DNA from: a virus
Taxonomy: Duplodnaviria > Caudoviricetes
IMG/VR virus record: IMGVR_UViG_3300031867_000032
Coordinates: 17,496-81,495 of that record
Reading direction: 5' to 3' (one strand)
DNA: 64,000 nucleotides
Positions 26,983-39,503 of this stretch are shown here, one piece after another; the stretch's first letter is position 1; each line of letters starts with the position of its first letter. Both the position numbers and the translations under genes were made by a program. Below the pieces are notes generated by a model that saw only the letters and a program-made list of their open reading frames with translations, was not told the origin of the DNA and made no database searches.

Positions 26983-29688
26983 ATGAGTTTAGAAAGTTTC
27001 TACGGTGGAAAGCAGGGTGTTTCCCCCGTTATTAAAAATAGATTTAAATATATCAATGTTGATGATGAAGCTTACAAGGACCGTATTAATCAAGAAACAA
27101 GATTAACTTATGATGAATATTTATGTTTAAGAGATAATAAAATTGAACCTTATTGATCTACAAAATGAGAAGATTTATTAGAAAAAGATGAACAAGATAA
27201 AAATAAAACTAAACCTCCTTTAATAGAATGAACTACTACAAAATTAAAGCCATTTACTATGGACGAGTGTTTAAAAGACGTTAATTATACAGATGTTTGG
27301 TATGGAGAACTTTGTATAATTGATACAGATAGTAAATATAATCCTAATAATGGTAAACTTTATCGTCGTACTTTAAAACAAGTTGATAATAAAAATGCTA
27401 AAACTGAGGATACTGCTTATGCAGAATATATAGGGCAAATTGTTGGTCCTATGGGCGGCGTATCTAAATTTGTATTTGGTTCTGTAGATGATGCCCGTAA
27501 GATGGCAGTTGGCGAATCACCAACTTATCCAAGCGATGTTGGTGCTACACCTTTAAATATAGCAAATTGAGATTATTTTTATCAAGATGCCGAAGGAAAA
27601 ATGTCTGCCACCCCTCCCACTGGAGAATTGGGTAATGGCACTGTAAAATATGATGATATTGCCGTTTTAACATCAAATAATATTGTCTCAAGCGAAGGAA
27701 GTTCAAATAATTTTAATATTAGAACTGTCCCTGGAGTTGATCTTGATGGAAATGGTGTTCCTATAAGAGAAGATCCTAATAAAGAAGATAGTTTAATATA
27801 TAATGATAGAATTGAATATACTTGATGCAATGTTGTTAGAAAAGATGATGATAAAAATTTAGACGCATGAGTATATATGGGATTTGATATTCCTTATACT
27901 GTTTATGAATCTAAAGCGGTTAATATTCCCTATTGGTTAAATCTTGATAGCGTTGGATATTCAAAAGATACTCATAATCCAGAGCATCCTTTTTATCACA
28001 ATTTACATTTTTATATTCCAAGAGGAACTAGAGGTATTGGTCCTGAAGAAATTATGGTGGTAGGAGAAGATTTTAATTCCTTACCCAAAAATACCAATCT
28101 TTATTCTTTGGGCGATATAATCTATAATTCTAAAATAGATAAATATAGTTTAAAACCAAATGTTCAATCTATAACACCACAAACAATTCAATGGGAAAAA
28201 GATGAAAATGGCAATGATATAGAAACTACTATAAATAGTACTTCATATTGAGTTGCTAAATGAACTCTTTATAATCCTAAACAGGTAAAAGGTAATGTTG
28301 GGCTCAGAGATGCTCCTGGAGAAGATTCTACTACATACGAAACAGTTTATGTTTATCTTGGTAATTATCGAGATATTCATAGTATTAATTTAGAAAAAGA
28401 TGGTACTTTTTCTATCAATTATTCTGATGGAACTTCTAAAACTTATAATAAAATTATTACTTGAGTTACTGGCGTATCTCTTAATACTACAGATAAAGAA
28501 AATGCTAACTATGGTCAATTCCAAATAACTTTTAATAATAATAAAATACCTGAAATCAATGAGAATTTACATTTAATTAAAAATGTAAATTATGACGACT
28601 CTACAGGCAAAATAACTTTTACTTACAGTGAGCAACAAAATGATAATGCTGAAGGTATTGAAGTTTGAGATATATTAACTGGAAATATTGTTTATCCAAA
28701 ACAAATTGACATAGATACAAATAAAGCTAGTAATAATTATGGTAAAGTAACTTATTATAACAATACTGATTTTAATAATGGTAACTTAAAGCAAAATGCT
28801 CAATCCAAAGATATTGCTACACTTCCTTTAATTAAAAGTAATAATTACAACCCTGATACTGGTATTATTACTTTTACTTATGCAGGAAATTCTAATGATA
28901 TAACTGTTCCAACAGATAATGCAATAGAGTATATATCTGTAATGAAAATAGATCCAAACACAGGTGAACTTCAGTATAAATTTAATACAGATAAAGCAAC
29001 TGATCCTTGAAGAAATCTTACTGACAATGAGAATAATAATTTTATACTTCGAGATATAGTAGATCTTAAGATTAGTGATGGCGTTGCTCCTGCTTCAGTT
29101 TATAATTTAGTCAATGGAACGCTAGATACAACAACGGCAAACCAAACTCCTTATTTTGGTCATTTATATGTCTTATATCGTGGTGATAATCATTATAAAG
29201 ATTTAGGTCAAGTTAAAGTTAGACCTAATATTGGTAGCTTTTTAACGATCAAAAATACCAAGGATGACTCAACTGATTCTTTTGCTTCTGCCGCAGATGC
29301 AATGGATTTGTTAAATAACGATGGTTATATTAAAGATGATGTGACATATGCTTCTAATACTGGTGAAATTAAATTTGAAGGAGCAGATCAAACAGGTAGC
29401 TTTGTTATTTTCACTATAGGAGAAGAAAATAACTTAGAAACTCATTTAGCATATTATGATGCAATTTCTAATCCAAAACAATGGAAAGATGCGGGTACCG
29501 TTGGTGGTTCAGGTTCTGGAGGAGCCGCGAGTAATATTCAAAGTCCTAATCCTTTTTATAATCCAGCTCAATCAGATAGTGAAGAATATCTTAAATGAGA
29601 TAATGAAGTTGAAATAACTTTCAAAGAAGTTTCTTCAACCAATGGTAGTAATCCATTAATTCTTGGTGACTATTCTATTTGACAGTAA
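26983..29688 (+). CDS. Large hypothetical structural protein, 901 aa in code 4
   Basis: GGGGG RBS; fragments from 27259 to 29302 in one frame; TAA at 29686. Confidence 0.75.
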
Positions 29689-29700
29689 AAGAGGATCAAT

Positions 29701-30048
29701 ATGATATTAGAACAATGAGTTGGTCCTTTTACAGAAGACCCAGAAAAAGTTACTTTTTCAAAAGAAAATGTAACTTATTTACAATTAGGGGTGGAGTATC
29801 CACACTCCATCCCTCTTTCTGAAATAGAATTAAAAGATGGTGATGAAGGAACTGAAAATACTAGTTGACCAATTAAAATTTCTATCAATAAAGGTGAAGG
29901 TCAATATTGAAGAGACTTTGTTATTACGGATAAAGACATACTAGAATTAAAATTAAAAGAGTCAAAAATAGAAGTTATTGTACACGGAAATGATGACCCT
30001 CGCAATAAATATTTAATTATTAATGCCGCATATGAGACTGCGAGCTAG
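29701..30048 (+). CDS. Hypothetical protein, 115 aa in code 4 (absent from ORF track)
   Basis: GAGGA RBS, MILEQ[W]VGPF..., three TGA, TAG stop. Confidence 0.7.
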
Positions 30049-30062
30049 AAAGGAGAAGTAGA

Positions 30063-31028
30063 ATGGCTGATACAACACTTACCAATAAAGTTCGCAATCC
30101 TCGAGATTTAAATCAATGGATGAATATTTGGACAGCTACTGTTAAAGATGATATGTCTTATATAATTAGTCCATCTGAAAATTGAAATATCTCTGCGGAC
30201 AACTTAGGTCAAATTCCTGCGGACAAACTAGGCCAAATTCCTGTTGATAAAATTTCTCCTGTAAACTTTCAAGATAATGTTGAAGGAACAGAAAAAAATT
30301 ATACTACAACCAATGTTACTATCACAACTGAACCTACAAGTGATAACTTAGGATTAAGTGGCGGCGTTGCCCTTACTAAGACAGATGGTAGTATTAGTGA
30401 AAAACCATTTGATAATGAATCAGATTCATATTTAAATGGAAAAGGAGAATTTGTATCATTACCTAAATACTCTTTAATAGGTGCTAAAGATGATTCTAAT
30501 GTTAAACTTGCTTTAAATAAAGATACTAACGCAGTTTCAAATATAATTATCAATGGTAGTGGAAAGATTACTACTACTTATAGTAATACTACAATTACAC
30601 TTAATCTTGCTAAAAATAGTGTAGGGACAAATGAGATTGCAGATGAATCTGTTACTATAAATAAGATAGATTGAGATTCTGTAGATCCAAATGATTCTAA
30701 TAACACTATGGCTAAAATTATCAAAGATACTATTGATATTAATTCTTCAGCTAATAGCGGTATAGTGCCCGCAACGGGTGGAAATACTGCCGCAGGTAAA
30801 ATTTGAGCAGCTGATTCTACTGGTGAGCCAGGTTGAAATAATTTTTCCAATACTCAATGAAATAATGCAGAAGAAAATACATTAACTCCAAGTAAACTTA
30901 ATACTAAATTATTAGGTGCTTGAATAAGTAAAGATTTTCCTATTCATGATGAAAGTAGAAGCAATTCTACGAATAATTATTTAAATGATTGAGACTGAGA
31001 TCGTTTTGCAATTTGAATTGAAATTTAA
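30063..31028 (+). CDS. Fibre-like hypothetical protein, 321 aa in code 4 (absent from ORF track)
   Basis: AAGGAG RBS; ADNLGQIP-ADKLGQIP repeat; KI[W]AADSTGEPG[W] fibre-like motif; TAA at 31026. Confidence 0.7.
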
Positions 31029-31037
31029 GGAGGTAAT

Positions 31038-31232
31038 ATGGCGGCAGTTAGTTTTTCAGATTTAATTCATCCTGTTGATTCAATTTATCTCCATAGAGAA
31101 GGTTCTGCTCCTTACAATTTTAATGGGAGTGACAATGAAGGACCGGCCGCATGTTTTGGTGGAACTTGAGTTGATTTAGGACTTACAACAATTGGCTCTG
31201 TAACTTATAGAGTTTGATATAGACAAGGTTAA
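31038..31232 (+). CDS. Mini protein resembling the PVGSIY...GGTW...W.RT baseplate/fibre C-terminal domain, 64 aa
   Basis: AGGAGG RBS; DLIHPVDSIYL...FGGT[W]VDLG...RV[W]YRQG. Confidence 0.7.
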
Positions 31233-31244
31233 AGGAGGTTTAAA

Positions 31245-31430
31245 ATGAATACGAACGCAAATACCTGAGTTAATATTTTAGATATTCTTTGGCCTGTTGG
31301 ATCGTTATATTATGTTCTTCAAGGTTCAGATAATACTCCTGACACAGTTCTTGGTGGTACTTGAGTCCAACAGAATGTATCTATCCCTATCGGTACTCTC
31401 ACTTTTAACGCTTGATATCGCACAGCATAA
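31245..31430 (+). CDS. Second mini paralog of the same domain, 61 aa
   Basis: AGGAGG RBS; DILWPVGSLYY...LGGT[W]VQQ...NA[W]YRTA. Confidence 0.75.
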
Positions 31431-31491
31431 GGGTCAAATATCATTAAAAAAATTAAATAAAAACTATATATAAATGACAGAAAGGAGTAGG

Positions 31492-32028
31492 ATGAGTGAA
31501 TTAAATAATTTATTATCATCCTACCCTCTATCAGAATTATTAATATTGGTTGTGGGTATACTTGCCGCAGGAAAAGTTGTTTGATCTTTAGTGGAATATT
31601 GATTAGGAAAAATTGATATTCGTGTTGGCGAAAAATATAAACGCGAAGAACGTTGAAATAATCTTGATAAAAAGATAGATGAACTAACACATAATCTTGA
31701 CAAACATATAGATAGTCTTGCGGAAAAAGTAGATGGACTTAAAGTTCAAAACGATCAAACTCATGAGCATCAAATACAATTAGATAAATCTTTAGCTCTT
31801 GTCCAAGAACGACTCCAAGAGACTTCAAGAAGTTATTTAATTGACGCTCACCATAAATTTTGTTATGAGTATGGACAGATTGATGATTTAAGTCTACAAT
31901 CAATAGAAAGACGTTATTTATATTATAAAACTGCGGGCGGTGATACTTTCATTGATCATTTAATGGAAGAAATCAGAGAGTTACGCCGAGTTGGCTATTA
32001 TGAAAAACCGTCGCTAGATAATGAATAG
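31492..32028 (+). CDS. Membrane-anchored coiled-coil protein (holin-like/lysis-associated), 178 aa in code 4
   Basis: AAGGAG RBS; N-terminal hydrophobic helix, coiled coil, C-terminal YLYYKTAGGDTFIDHLMEEIREL motif. Confidence 0.6.
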
Positions 32029-32044
32029 AGGGGAGGATATCAGG

Positions 32045-33094
32045 ATGGCTAATGAGCTAAAGGCAACAGTAATTAATATGAAAACCCTTAGCCAAGATAT
32101 TACAGACCCTGTAGTAGTTGGCGCCGGTGAAGGTGCGGGGCGTGCTTTGCGTATTATCTTTACGCAAGAAGCTGCCGCGCAATTCACAGAAAATACTAAA
32201 GTTTATCTCTCTTGGCATCACCAAGAGATGGATATTAAAGGTTACAACGTTTTTACAGAAATTAAAAATGAGGATGATGAGGATTGACCTCCTACTTGAG
32301 AAATCAAATATCCTAAGTCAATGTTATATGAAGGTAATGTTGTAGCTTGTATTCAAATCGTAGATAATGTTAGTATTTCTACATCAGTTAATTTTACAAT
32401 TCATGTATTAATTGATCCAAATGATGGTTCTAAGTTTACAGCAACAGATGATTTTACTGAGTTCCAAAAAGCAGTTATTAGTTTAGCAACCGCGGAAACC
32501 GAAGCTCGAGAACAAATGGAAGAGCAGGCTGCTCAATTTGAAGAAATGCAAATTGAATTTAATAATGTGAAAGAACTTGCAAAAAATGCTCAGAATATTT
32601 CACAAGCTGCGCAAGAAATTGCAGAAGCCGCACTTGCCACTTCTAATGAAGCTCTTGAAACAATTGTGGATTTCACATCCCTAGCAAAAGAAATCCAAAC
32701 TAAAGAGCAAGAAAATTCAACTAAAATTGAAGAACTTGAAGAAACTGTTTCTGATGCTTTAAACCGTACTGAAGCAATCACAGAAAATGTCGCTGATGTA
32801 GCAGCCGCAGTTAGAGAGGTGGCCGCCAAAATTGGTGATATTAAATGTGAATGCGGATTAAAAGAAGAAGAAGTAGTTGAGTTAATTGAACAAGAATTAG
32901 CTAATTATATTTCTCAAGATGATTTAGCTAACTATGCTACGATCGAACAATTAGCTAACTATGTTACACAGGATCAAGTTAAAGACTTTGCTACTCTTGG
33001 AGAAGTTGATGAAAAATTAAGTGTAGCAGTCGAAGAAGCTCAAGGTGAACATCAAGCCATTTGAGATGCGCTACAATTTTCAGAGGAGGATTAA
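32045..33094 (+). CDS. Upper-baseplate (BppU-like N-terminus) coiled-coil fibre protein, 349 aa in code 4
   Basis: GGGAGG RBS; VVGAGEGAGRALRIIFT...KVYLSWHH N-domain, helical stalk, LANY repeats. Confidence 0.55.
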
Positions 33095-33099
33095 GTTTT

Positions 33100-33522
33100 A
33101 TGGCTCAGATGAAGTTAGTTTATACAACTGCAGCAAAATTAAATTCTCTTTCAGTTGTAGATGGACAAATTATTTATTTAGCAGATGAAAATCAAATCTG
33201 TTTAGATATGAAAGGTAAGCGTTTAACTTACCGTTCAATTAAAACTTTTGATACAGATGCAGAACGTCTTGCCACTCAGCCTATTCCTAAAACATTTTAT
33301 TTTGTTTTTGAAACAAATGTTATGTGGCAGTACAATAATGGATGACAACAAATTACTGCTTCTGGATTAACTCCTATTTTACATTTCGATACAGAAGATG
33401 ACCTCCCCGAAATAGGTGAAGTTGATAAACTGTATTACACAGATAGTGGTATTTATAACTGGCGAGAGTCAGATAATAAATATAATCTAATTGCAAATGC
33501 AAATAGATGAGGTTCTATTTAA
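33100..33522 (+). CDS. Hypothetical structural protein, 140 aa in code 4
   Basis: GAGGAGG RBS; continuous frame through two TGA to TAA at 33520. Confidence 0.7.
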
Positions 33523-33543
33523 TGCAAAGGAAAGGAAGATTGC

Positions 33544-35118
33544 ATGGCTAATAATTTAGTTAAGTTTGTTTACGTTCCTGGTACCGTTACTGCGGAACAA
33601 ATTGCAGCTTTTGATGCCAACACAGTCTATTTTATTGCTGGTTCTCACCAAATTTATAAGGGCTCTGTCCTTTATGATGGTGGTTCTTCAACTGCTGCTG
33701 CAGATCTAGCTCTACTTCGTGAGCAGATTGGCTCCTTACCTGTAAGCCAAGAGTACACCGATCTTATTGACTATATCGATAAGCAGATTGCGGCTGGCGA
33801 TACTGCTAATTCCGCAGAAGTAACTGCTCTTGATAATAGTCTTGCGGCCGTTGCTAAGAGTGGTGCAGCTGAGGATGTTTCCGTAGAAGATGCTAACGGT
33901 CACTTTACCGCAACCGATGTTGAAGGTGCCCTAGAAGAGCTTTATACTGCTATTGGTACTGGTGGAACAAATGCTGCTGTTACTGTTACTAAGACTATTG
34001 GTGGAGCAAACGATAGCTTCATTTCTAAGTATACCTTTAGTCAAGGTGGAACTCCTATCGCTAATGGTGAAATTGAGATTGGTAAAGACTTAGTTGCTAC
34101 CAATGGCGAATTAGTTGAGGAAGATGGCAATGGTAATTCTGGTACATTTATTAAGATGACCATTGCAAATGGTACTCCATTCTATATTAACGTTGCTGAT
34201 CTAATTGAGTATAACTCTGTTGAGTCTACTAATGAAATTACACTAACAGACACCAATCATAAAATTACTGCTACCGTTGGTGAGATCGCAGCTTCTAAGA
34301 TTATTTATCAGGCCGCAGAAGGTGCAACTCCTGCTAAGACAGTTGCTCAGGCTATCAATGCTTTAGAGTCTGCTGTTGGTAGTGGTGGTAGCGTTGATCA
34401 GAAGATCGCAGATGCTATTGCTGGACTTGATTCTAGTGCAACTGCTACAGCTGGTTCTGCTCTAACTAGCGTTACTGTTACTGACGGTAAGATTACTGGT
34501 TCTACTGAAGTTGCTCTTACCGCGGACAATATTACTTATGGTTCTGGTACCGCTAAGGCTGCTCTTGATACCATTGGTACAATTCCTGCTACTTCTGCCG
34601 CAACTACTGTTGTTGGTTACATCGACGAGAAAGTTGGTGCTGGTGTAAGTGCTCTTGATGCAGATGTTGATGCTGCTCTTGGTGCTGGCGATACCGATGC
34701 AGAAGCTATTGCTGTTGTAACTGGTGTTACTGAGGTTGACGGTGTCATCACCGGTGTTGACAGTGCTGCCGCAGACGCCGCTGGTGCTGCTACTCGTGCC
34801 AAGGCCGCCGTTATTGGTCAAGCTGGCGATCTTGCTACTGCTGATACCATTCATGGTGCTAAGCAGTATGCAGATGATGCTGTTGCCGCAGCCCTGTCTG
34901 ATGTTAATGATGACATTGCCGCTCTTGATGCTGACCTTGACGCATCTGGTACTGCACAGCATGCCGGCGTATTTGTCATGTCTGGTGTAACTCAGGTTGA
35001 TGGTAAGATTACTGCAGTTGATAGCGTTGAAGTTGATCCTGCTGGTGCTGCCGCAACCGCAGAGCAAAATGCTAAAGATTACACCGATGCTGCTCTTACT
35101 TGGGGAAGCCTTGCTTAA
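33544..35118 (+). CDS. Ala/Asp/Gly-rich fibre or decoration protein, 524 aa
   Basis: Intact ORF; repeated VTGVTEVDGVIT / MSGVTQVDGKIT blocks; GC-richer codon usage typical of high expression; followed by terminator. Confidence 0.7.
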   Translation: MANNLVKFVYVPGTVTAEQIAAFDANTVYFIAGSHQIYKGSVLYDGGSSTAAADLALLREQIGSLPVSQEYTDLIDYIDKQIAAGDTANSAEVTALDNSLAAVAKSGAAEDVSVEDANGHFTATDVEGALEELYTAIGTGGTNAAVTVTKTIGGANDSFISKYTFSQGGTPIANGEIEIGKDLVATNGELVEEDGNGNSGTFIKMTIANGTPFYINVADLIEYNSVESTNEITLTDTNHKITATVGEIAASKIIYQAAEGATPAKTVAQAINALESAVGSGGSVDQKIADAIAGLDSSATATAGSALTSVTVTDGKITGSTEVALTADNITYGSGTAKAALDTIGTIPATSAATTVVGYIDEKVGAGVSALDADVDAALGAGDTDAEAIAVVTGVTEVDGVITGVDSAAADAAGAATRAKAAVIGQAGDLATADTIHGAKQYADDAVAAALSDVNDDIAALDADLDASGTAQHAGVFVMSGVTQVDGKITAVDSVEVDPAGAAATAEQNAKDYTDAALTWGSLA

Positions 35119-35139
35119 TTAATTTTCATTGTAAAACAT

Positions 35140-35170
35140 AAGAGGGGAATTTAATTCCCCTCTTTCTTTT
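35140..35170 (+). terminator. Rho-independent terminator
   Basis: aagaggggaat-tta-attcccctctt followed by T-rich tract. Confidence 0.85.
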
Positions 35171-35190
35171 CGTGTCTAAAGGAGGGCCGC

Positions 35191-35703
35191 ATGGCTGGAA
35201 AAGTTAGATTTTATCGTGGAGAGCAAGGGACCTCCTTACCTGCAACTCGCCAAAATGGAGCTATATTTATTATAGAACGCTTTGGTTCTGATAGTAATGG
35301 ATATAGCGTTGGCGATATGTATGTTGATATGGACAATGGAAACCGACTTCATATAATCCCCGATAAAGAGATAATAAAATATAATAGTTCTACAATGAGT
35401 AATGTTATATCTCAAAAAGGACAAACATATATCTTTCAAGAAGAAAATCCTCAAAAAATTGGTATAGCTGTTGGAGATGGAAGCAGTTATATTGGCGATT
35501 TACCTGTTTGAGGATATGAAGTAAAAGAAAAAATTAAACAAGCAATAAAACAAAAAGTTAACGCTTATTTAGGGACTGAATACCTCGGTTTAGGTTCTGA
35601 AAAATTGACAGCTGATACTATAGATATAAGTCAGTTAAATAAAGATCCAGAAGGCCCAGCTGAGACCTTAGTCCTTACTCGAGAATTGTGATTAGATTTT
35701 TAA
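35191..35703 (+). CDS. Hypothetical fibre-associated protein, 170 aa in code 4
   Basis: AAGGAGG RBS; IGIAVGDGSSYIGDLP motif of hyaluronidase/major-tropism-like fibre domains; TAA at 35701. Confidence 0.65.
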
Positions 35704-35726
35704 AGAGAGGAAGGTGAAGTCCTTAA

Positions 35727-37382
35727 ATGGCCGATATTTCTAAGATTACGTTACCTAATGGTAATACTTATGATATCAAAGACTCAGTAGCTCGTTCATC
35801 TATTGAAGCTATGCTTGGTGGAGATGCTATTACTTTTGGTGGAGTAACTACGACAGATCTTACTGACGGTGGTACTCAGAAGCCTACTGTCGATGGCACT
35901 CAAGTAACTCCCGTTAAAGGACAGCTATTCTTTAAAGGAACTAAAGAGTTCTTATGGGATGGTGCAAAGTGAATTGAACTTGGTACCTTAGATGCATTAG
36001 GAGATTTAGCTTATAAAGATAGTATCTCTTACGATAAAACTACTAGTGCAACATATGCAAGCACTAATTCTAGTAAAACTGTAAATGTTTCTGGTTCAAG
36101 TGCTGCTGTTACAATTACTGCAACCGCAAACACTAATGGTAATTATACTCCTGCGGGAACTGTTTCTCAGCCTACTTTTAGTAATGGTACAGTAGAAGCA
36201 AGTGGGTCTTATACCCCAGCTGGTACAGTTAGCGTTAGCACTAAGAGTACAAGCAATAAGACTGCTACAGTTTCTCCTGCATCTAGCGGAACTGCGACAT
36301 ACACTCCTGCTGGTACAATTTCTGCTCCTACTTTTAGTGATGGTGCAGTTGAAGCAAGTGGTTCTTATACTCCTGCTGGCACAGTTGCCGCACCCACATT
36401 TACAGGTACGGGTGTCCGTTTAGTAACTGGCAATATTCCAGTTCCTACCTCTGCAAGCTTTACTGGTACTGCTGCAACAATTGATGTTACTGGTACTGCC
36501 ACAGGTACAGTTTCTAAACCTACATTCACAGGCACAAAAGCTACTGGTTTAACTGTAAGTGCAGCTTCTACCGGAACTGCTACTTACACTCCTGCAGGAA
36601 CTGTTTCAGCTCCTACTATTTCAGTTGGAACTGCTGGTTCTACAACTACAATTAAAAATCCAACAGCAGTAAGTGTTGTTAATGCATTAGCCGCAGCCGC
36701 ACCTGGAGCAACTGCTCCTGCAAATGCAATTACTTATTATAGTGTTGCAGATGAAACATTAAGTTTATATCAAATTGGTGCAACAAAAACTAATTCAATT
36801 ACAACTTCTAATGTTACAGTTAAGACTGGCGATGCTGCATATACTGCAAGTGCTCCTACCTTTACTGGTACTGGAAAACGCCTTGTCTTACAAGACTACA
36901 CACCTGCGGGTACAGTATCTCAGCCCACATTCTCTAATGGTGCAATTGATGGTACTGCTTCCTACACTCCTGCTGGTACAATCGGTCTTACTAATAGCAA
37001 TAAGACCACTACCGTTTCTGCTGCTACAAGCGGTGAAGCTACTTACACTCCTGCTGGTACAAACAGCGCACCTGCATTCACTGGTACCGCTAAGAGCGTT
37101 AGTGTTACTGGTACTGCAACTGGTACAGTTTCCGCACCTACCTTCACTGGTACTGGTGTTCGTCTCGTTACCGGCAATATCGCTGTGCCTAGTGCTTATA
37201 CTGCAACATTTACTGGTACCGCAGCTACAATCGATGTTGAAGGTACCGCTACAGGTACGGTATCTCAGCCTACCTTTACAGGAACTAAGGTTCAACTTGC
37301 GGGCACTACAACTGCCGCAGGCACAGTTACCTTACCTAACATCACTCTTGGACATACTAGCACTACTGCTACAGCATCTTAA
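35727..37382 (+). CDS. Thr/Gly/Ala-rich tail fibre with YTPAGTVSxPTFTG repeats, 551 aa in code 4
   Basis: Single TGA at 35970 joins the 35727 and 37185 fragments; many YTPAGT and PTFTGT repeats and a duplicated GTGVRLVTGNI block. Confidence 0.8.
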
Positions 37383-37396
37383 TTTAAGAAGCTCTA

Positions 37397-37438
37397 AAGG
37401 GCAACTTTGTGCAAATACAGAGTTGCCCTTTTTATTTT
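37397..37438 (+). terminator. Rho-independent terminator
   Basis: aaagggcaact...agttgcccttt followed by T tract. Confidence 0.85.
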
Positions 37439-37475
37439 ATATGAAATACAATGAATAAAACTTAGGAGGGCGTAA

Positions 37476-38243
37476 ATGGCACAAATTTCTAACATTACGC
37501 TGCCCAATGGAAATAATTATGATTTAAAAGGCAGCATGTATACCGTTATTGGTACTCAGACTGCTAATACGGCAAGCTGAACTGGAGTTTTAGATACAAT
37601 AGACGCCCTTTATGATGGCTTAACAATTGCATACTATCTTCCTCGGACGTCTGCAAGTAATGTTACTTTAAATTTAACTTTAAAAGGTAATGTTACTACA
37701 GGTGCAATTCCTGTTTATTATAAAACAAATACTCGCTTGGGTACTCACTATGCCGCAGGTGATATGGTTATTTTAACTTATTGAGGGGCTAATTCTATTA
37801 ATGTTAGTGGTACAGTTAGAACTTCTGCAAGTTGAATTGCTCATGGCCAATATGTAGATGGTAATTCAAATACAGTCCCCGCAGTTTACATTGGTACTGC
37901 TGCAGCAACAGCTGCAAAAGTAGGCACTCTTACTGCGGCAAGCTGATCTGGACTTACTGGTAGTCGATATGCTTTTGTTGACAATCATTATGATAATACC
38001 TATAATGGAGCAATTACTTTAAATGTAAATAGCCAAGGGGCTAAACCAGTTTATATTAATGGAAAAGCATCTAGTTCATCTAATAAAACTTTACCAAGAG
38101 GAACCTATATTGCTTATTATGATGGTACTAATTGGTATTTTAATACAGATGGTAGCATTCCTGGCCCAAGTGGAGAAGAAGTAATTATTTCTGAATCAAG
38201 TTCAGATCCCGGTCCATATCATAAAATTTGAATAGAAATTTAG
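37476..38243 (+). CDS. Fibre/receptor-binding-like protein, 255 aa in code 4 (absent from ORF track)
   Basis: AGGAGG RBS; MAQISNITLPNGNNYDLK N-terminus; TLNVNSQGAKPVYING...YDGTNWY fibre motif; five TGA. Confidence 0.75.
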
Positions 38244-38272
38244 TTGACTTTTTCTTAGTTTTATGATATAAT
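38244..38272 (+). promoter_or_regulatory. Sigma70-type promoter inside the structural region
   Basis: TTGACT-N17-TATAAT with extended -10 TG. Confidence 0.8.
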
Positions 38273-38319
38273 TTATATAAGAAATTTAATTTGAAAAATC
38301 TCTCTAGGAAAGGAGAATC

Positions 38320-38892
38320 ATGGCTTCACCAGCTACACCTTATAGCCCGCAGGGCAGTTTAGCCTTGCCTAGAGTTCATATACCTACATGATATGGTTCA
38401 CTTGAAAGTTCTAGTAATGGAGATGCAAGACTTAATTTAAACGTCATTACTCAAATTACTCCTACTGTTGCTGCAAGTGGAACTGATAATCTTATAGAAG
38501 ATTCTACTGATTATATTATGACTATTGCAAATGGAACAAATATTTCTAATACAGAGTCCCGCAAGCATAATAGGATTACAATTGGTAGTACGGTACCTTC
38601 TCTTGGAACAATAGAAGCATATAGCGATGATAGTGAAATTTTATTGTCTAATGCTAAATCTGCACATGTTTTGTTTTTAGAACATGCTGTAGTTAAATCT
38701 TTTAATTTTAAAATCCCACACAATCATGTAATTGATCGAATTGAGAAATGATATAGAGCTGAAAATGGGACTTCTAATCAAACGTTAAGTACCGTATCAG
38801 GGAATTTATTAATAATACATGGGACAAATGAAAATGATGCCACAGTATTACAAAATACTGAGGTTTTGAATTTAGTTGAAGGAGGTCATTAA
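38320..38892 (+). CDS. Hypothetical protein, 190 aa in code 4
   Basis: AAGGAG RBS; frame continuous through two TGA to TAA at 38890. Confidence 0.65.
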
Positions 38893-38893
38893 T

Positions 38894-39313
38894 ATGGCTA
38901 ATATTTCTCAAGTTCAAGTTGGTGGGACCACATATGATATTTGCGATGGTATAGCACGGGATTCAATATCCTCTTTTCAAATAATAATGGTAGCAAATAA
39001 AAATAGTTTTTCTATAAATGCAAATGAATCATTTATATATTCATATTCGCTAGATAATTTAAATTTTGATTCTTCATATTTTATTATGAGCCTTATGGGT
39101 ATAGTTAATAATCATCCAGATGAGACAACAATTGTTGGATGAGGTGTGAATTTAGTTACTAGACGCGTTGTACATATAGATATTAGAAATATGTATTCTA
39201 ATTCTTTTACATTTGGAGCACAAAATTTAATAGTTCATTTATTAATTTCTAATAATAACCTGTTCAAACCAAGTCAAGATACAACTGTTTACTCTGTTGC
39301 AAATGACGGATAA
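38894..39313 (+). CDS. Fibre-family protein with shared N-terminal motif, 139 aa in code 4
   Basis: GGAGG RBS; MANISQVQVGGTTYDICDGIAR. Confidence 0.7.
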
Positions 39314-39356
39314 TTTCTTAAATAAATACCTATGTTATTTTAGTACAAAAATTATT

Positions 39357-39407
39357 AGAGGATACTAAATTTTAATATTCAGAATACTTTTAAATTTAGT
39401 ATCCTCT
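39357..39407. repeat. 16-bp perfect inverted repeat (hairpin, possible terminator)
   Basis: agaggatactaaattt ... aaatttagtatcctct. Confidence 0.75.
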
Positions 39408-39503
39408 TAAATTAATTTTATATAATGGCATTAAAAACTTTCAATACTATTATATAAAATTAATTTGTCTACTATATAAGCCTTTGATTAGAAAGGAAAA
39501 TAA

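Noticed and set aside
34462-37458. Antisense and alternate-frame ORFs (34462-35067, 34724-34990, 36775-37458, 36888-37295) and similar short ORFs elsewhere
   Set aside because: Shadows of repetitive Ala/Thr/Gly-rich genes; no RBS and implausible composition.
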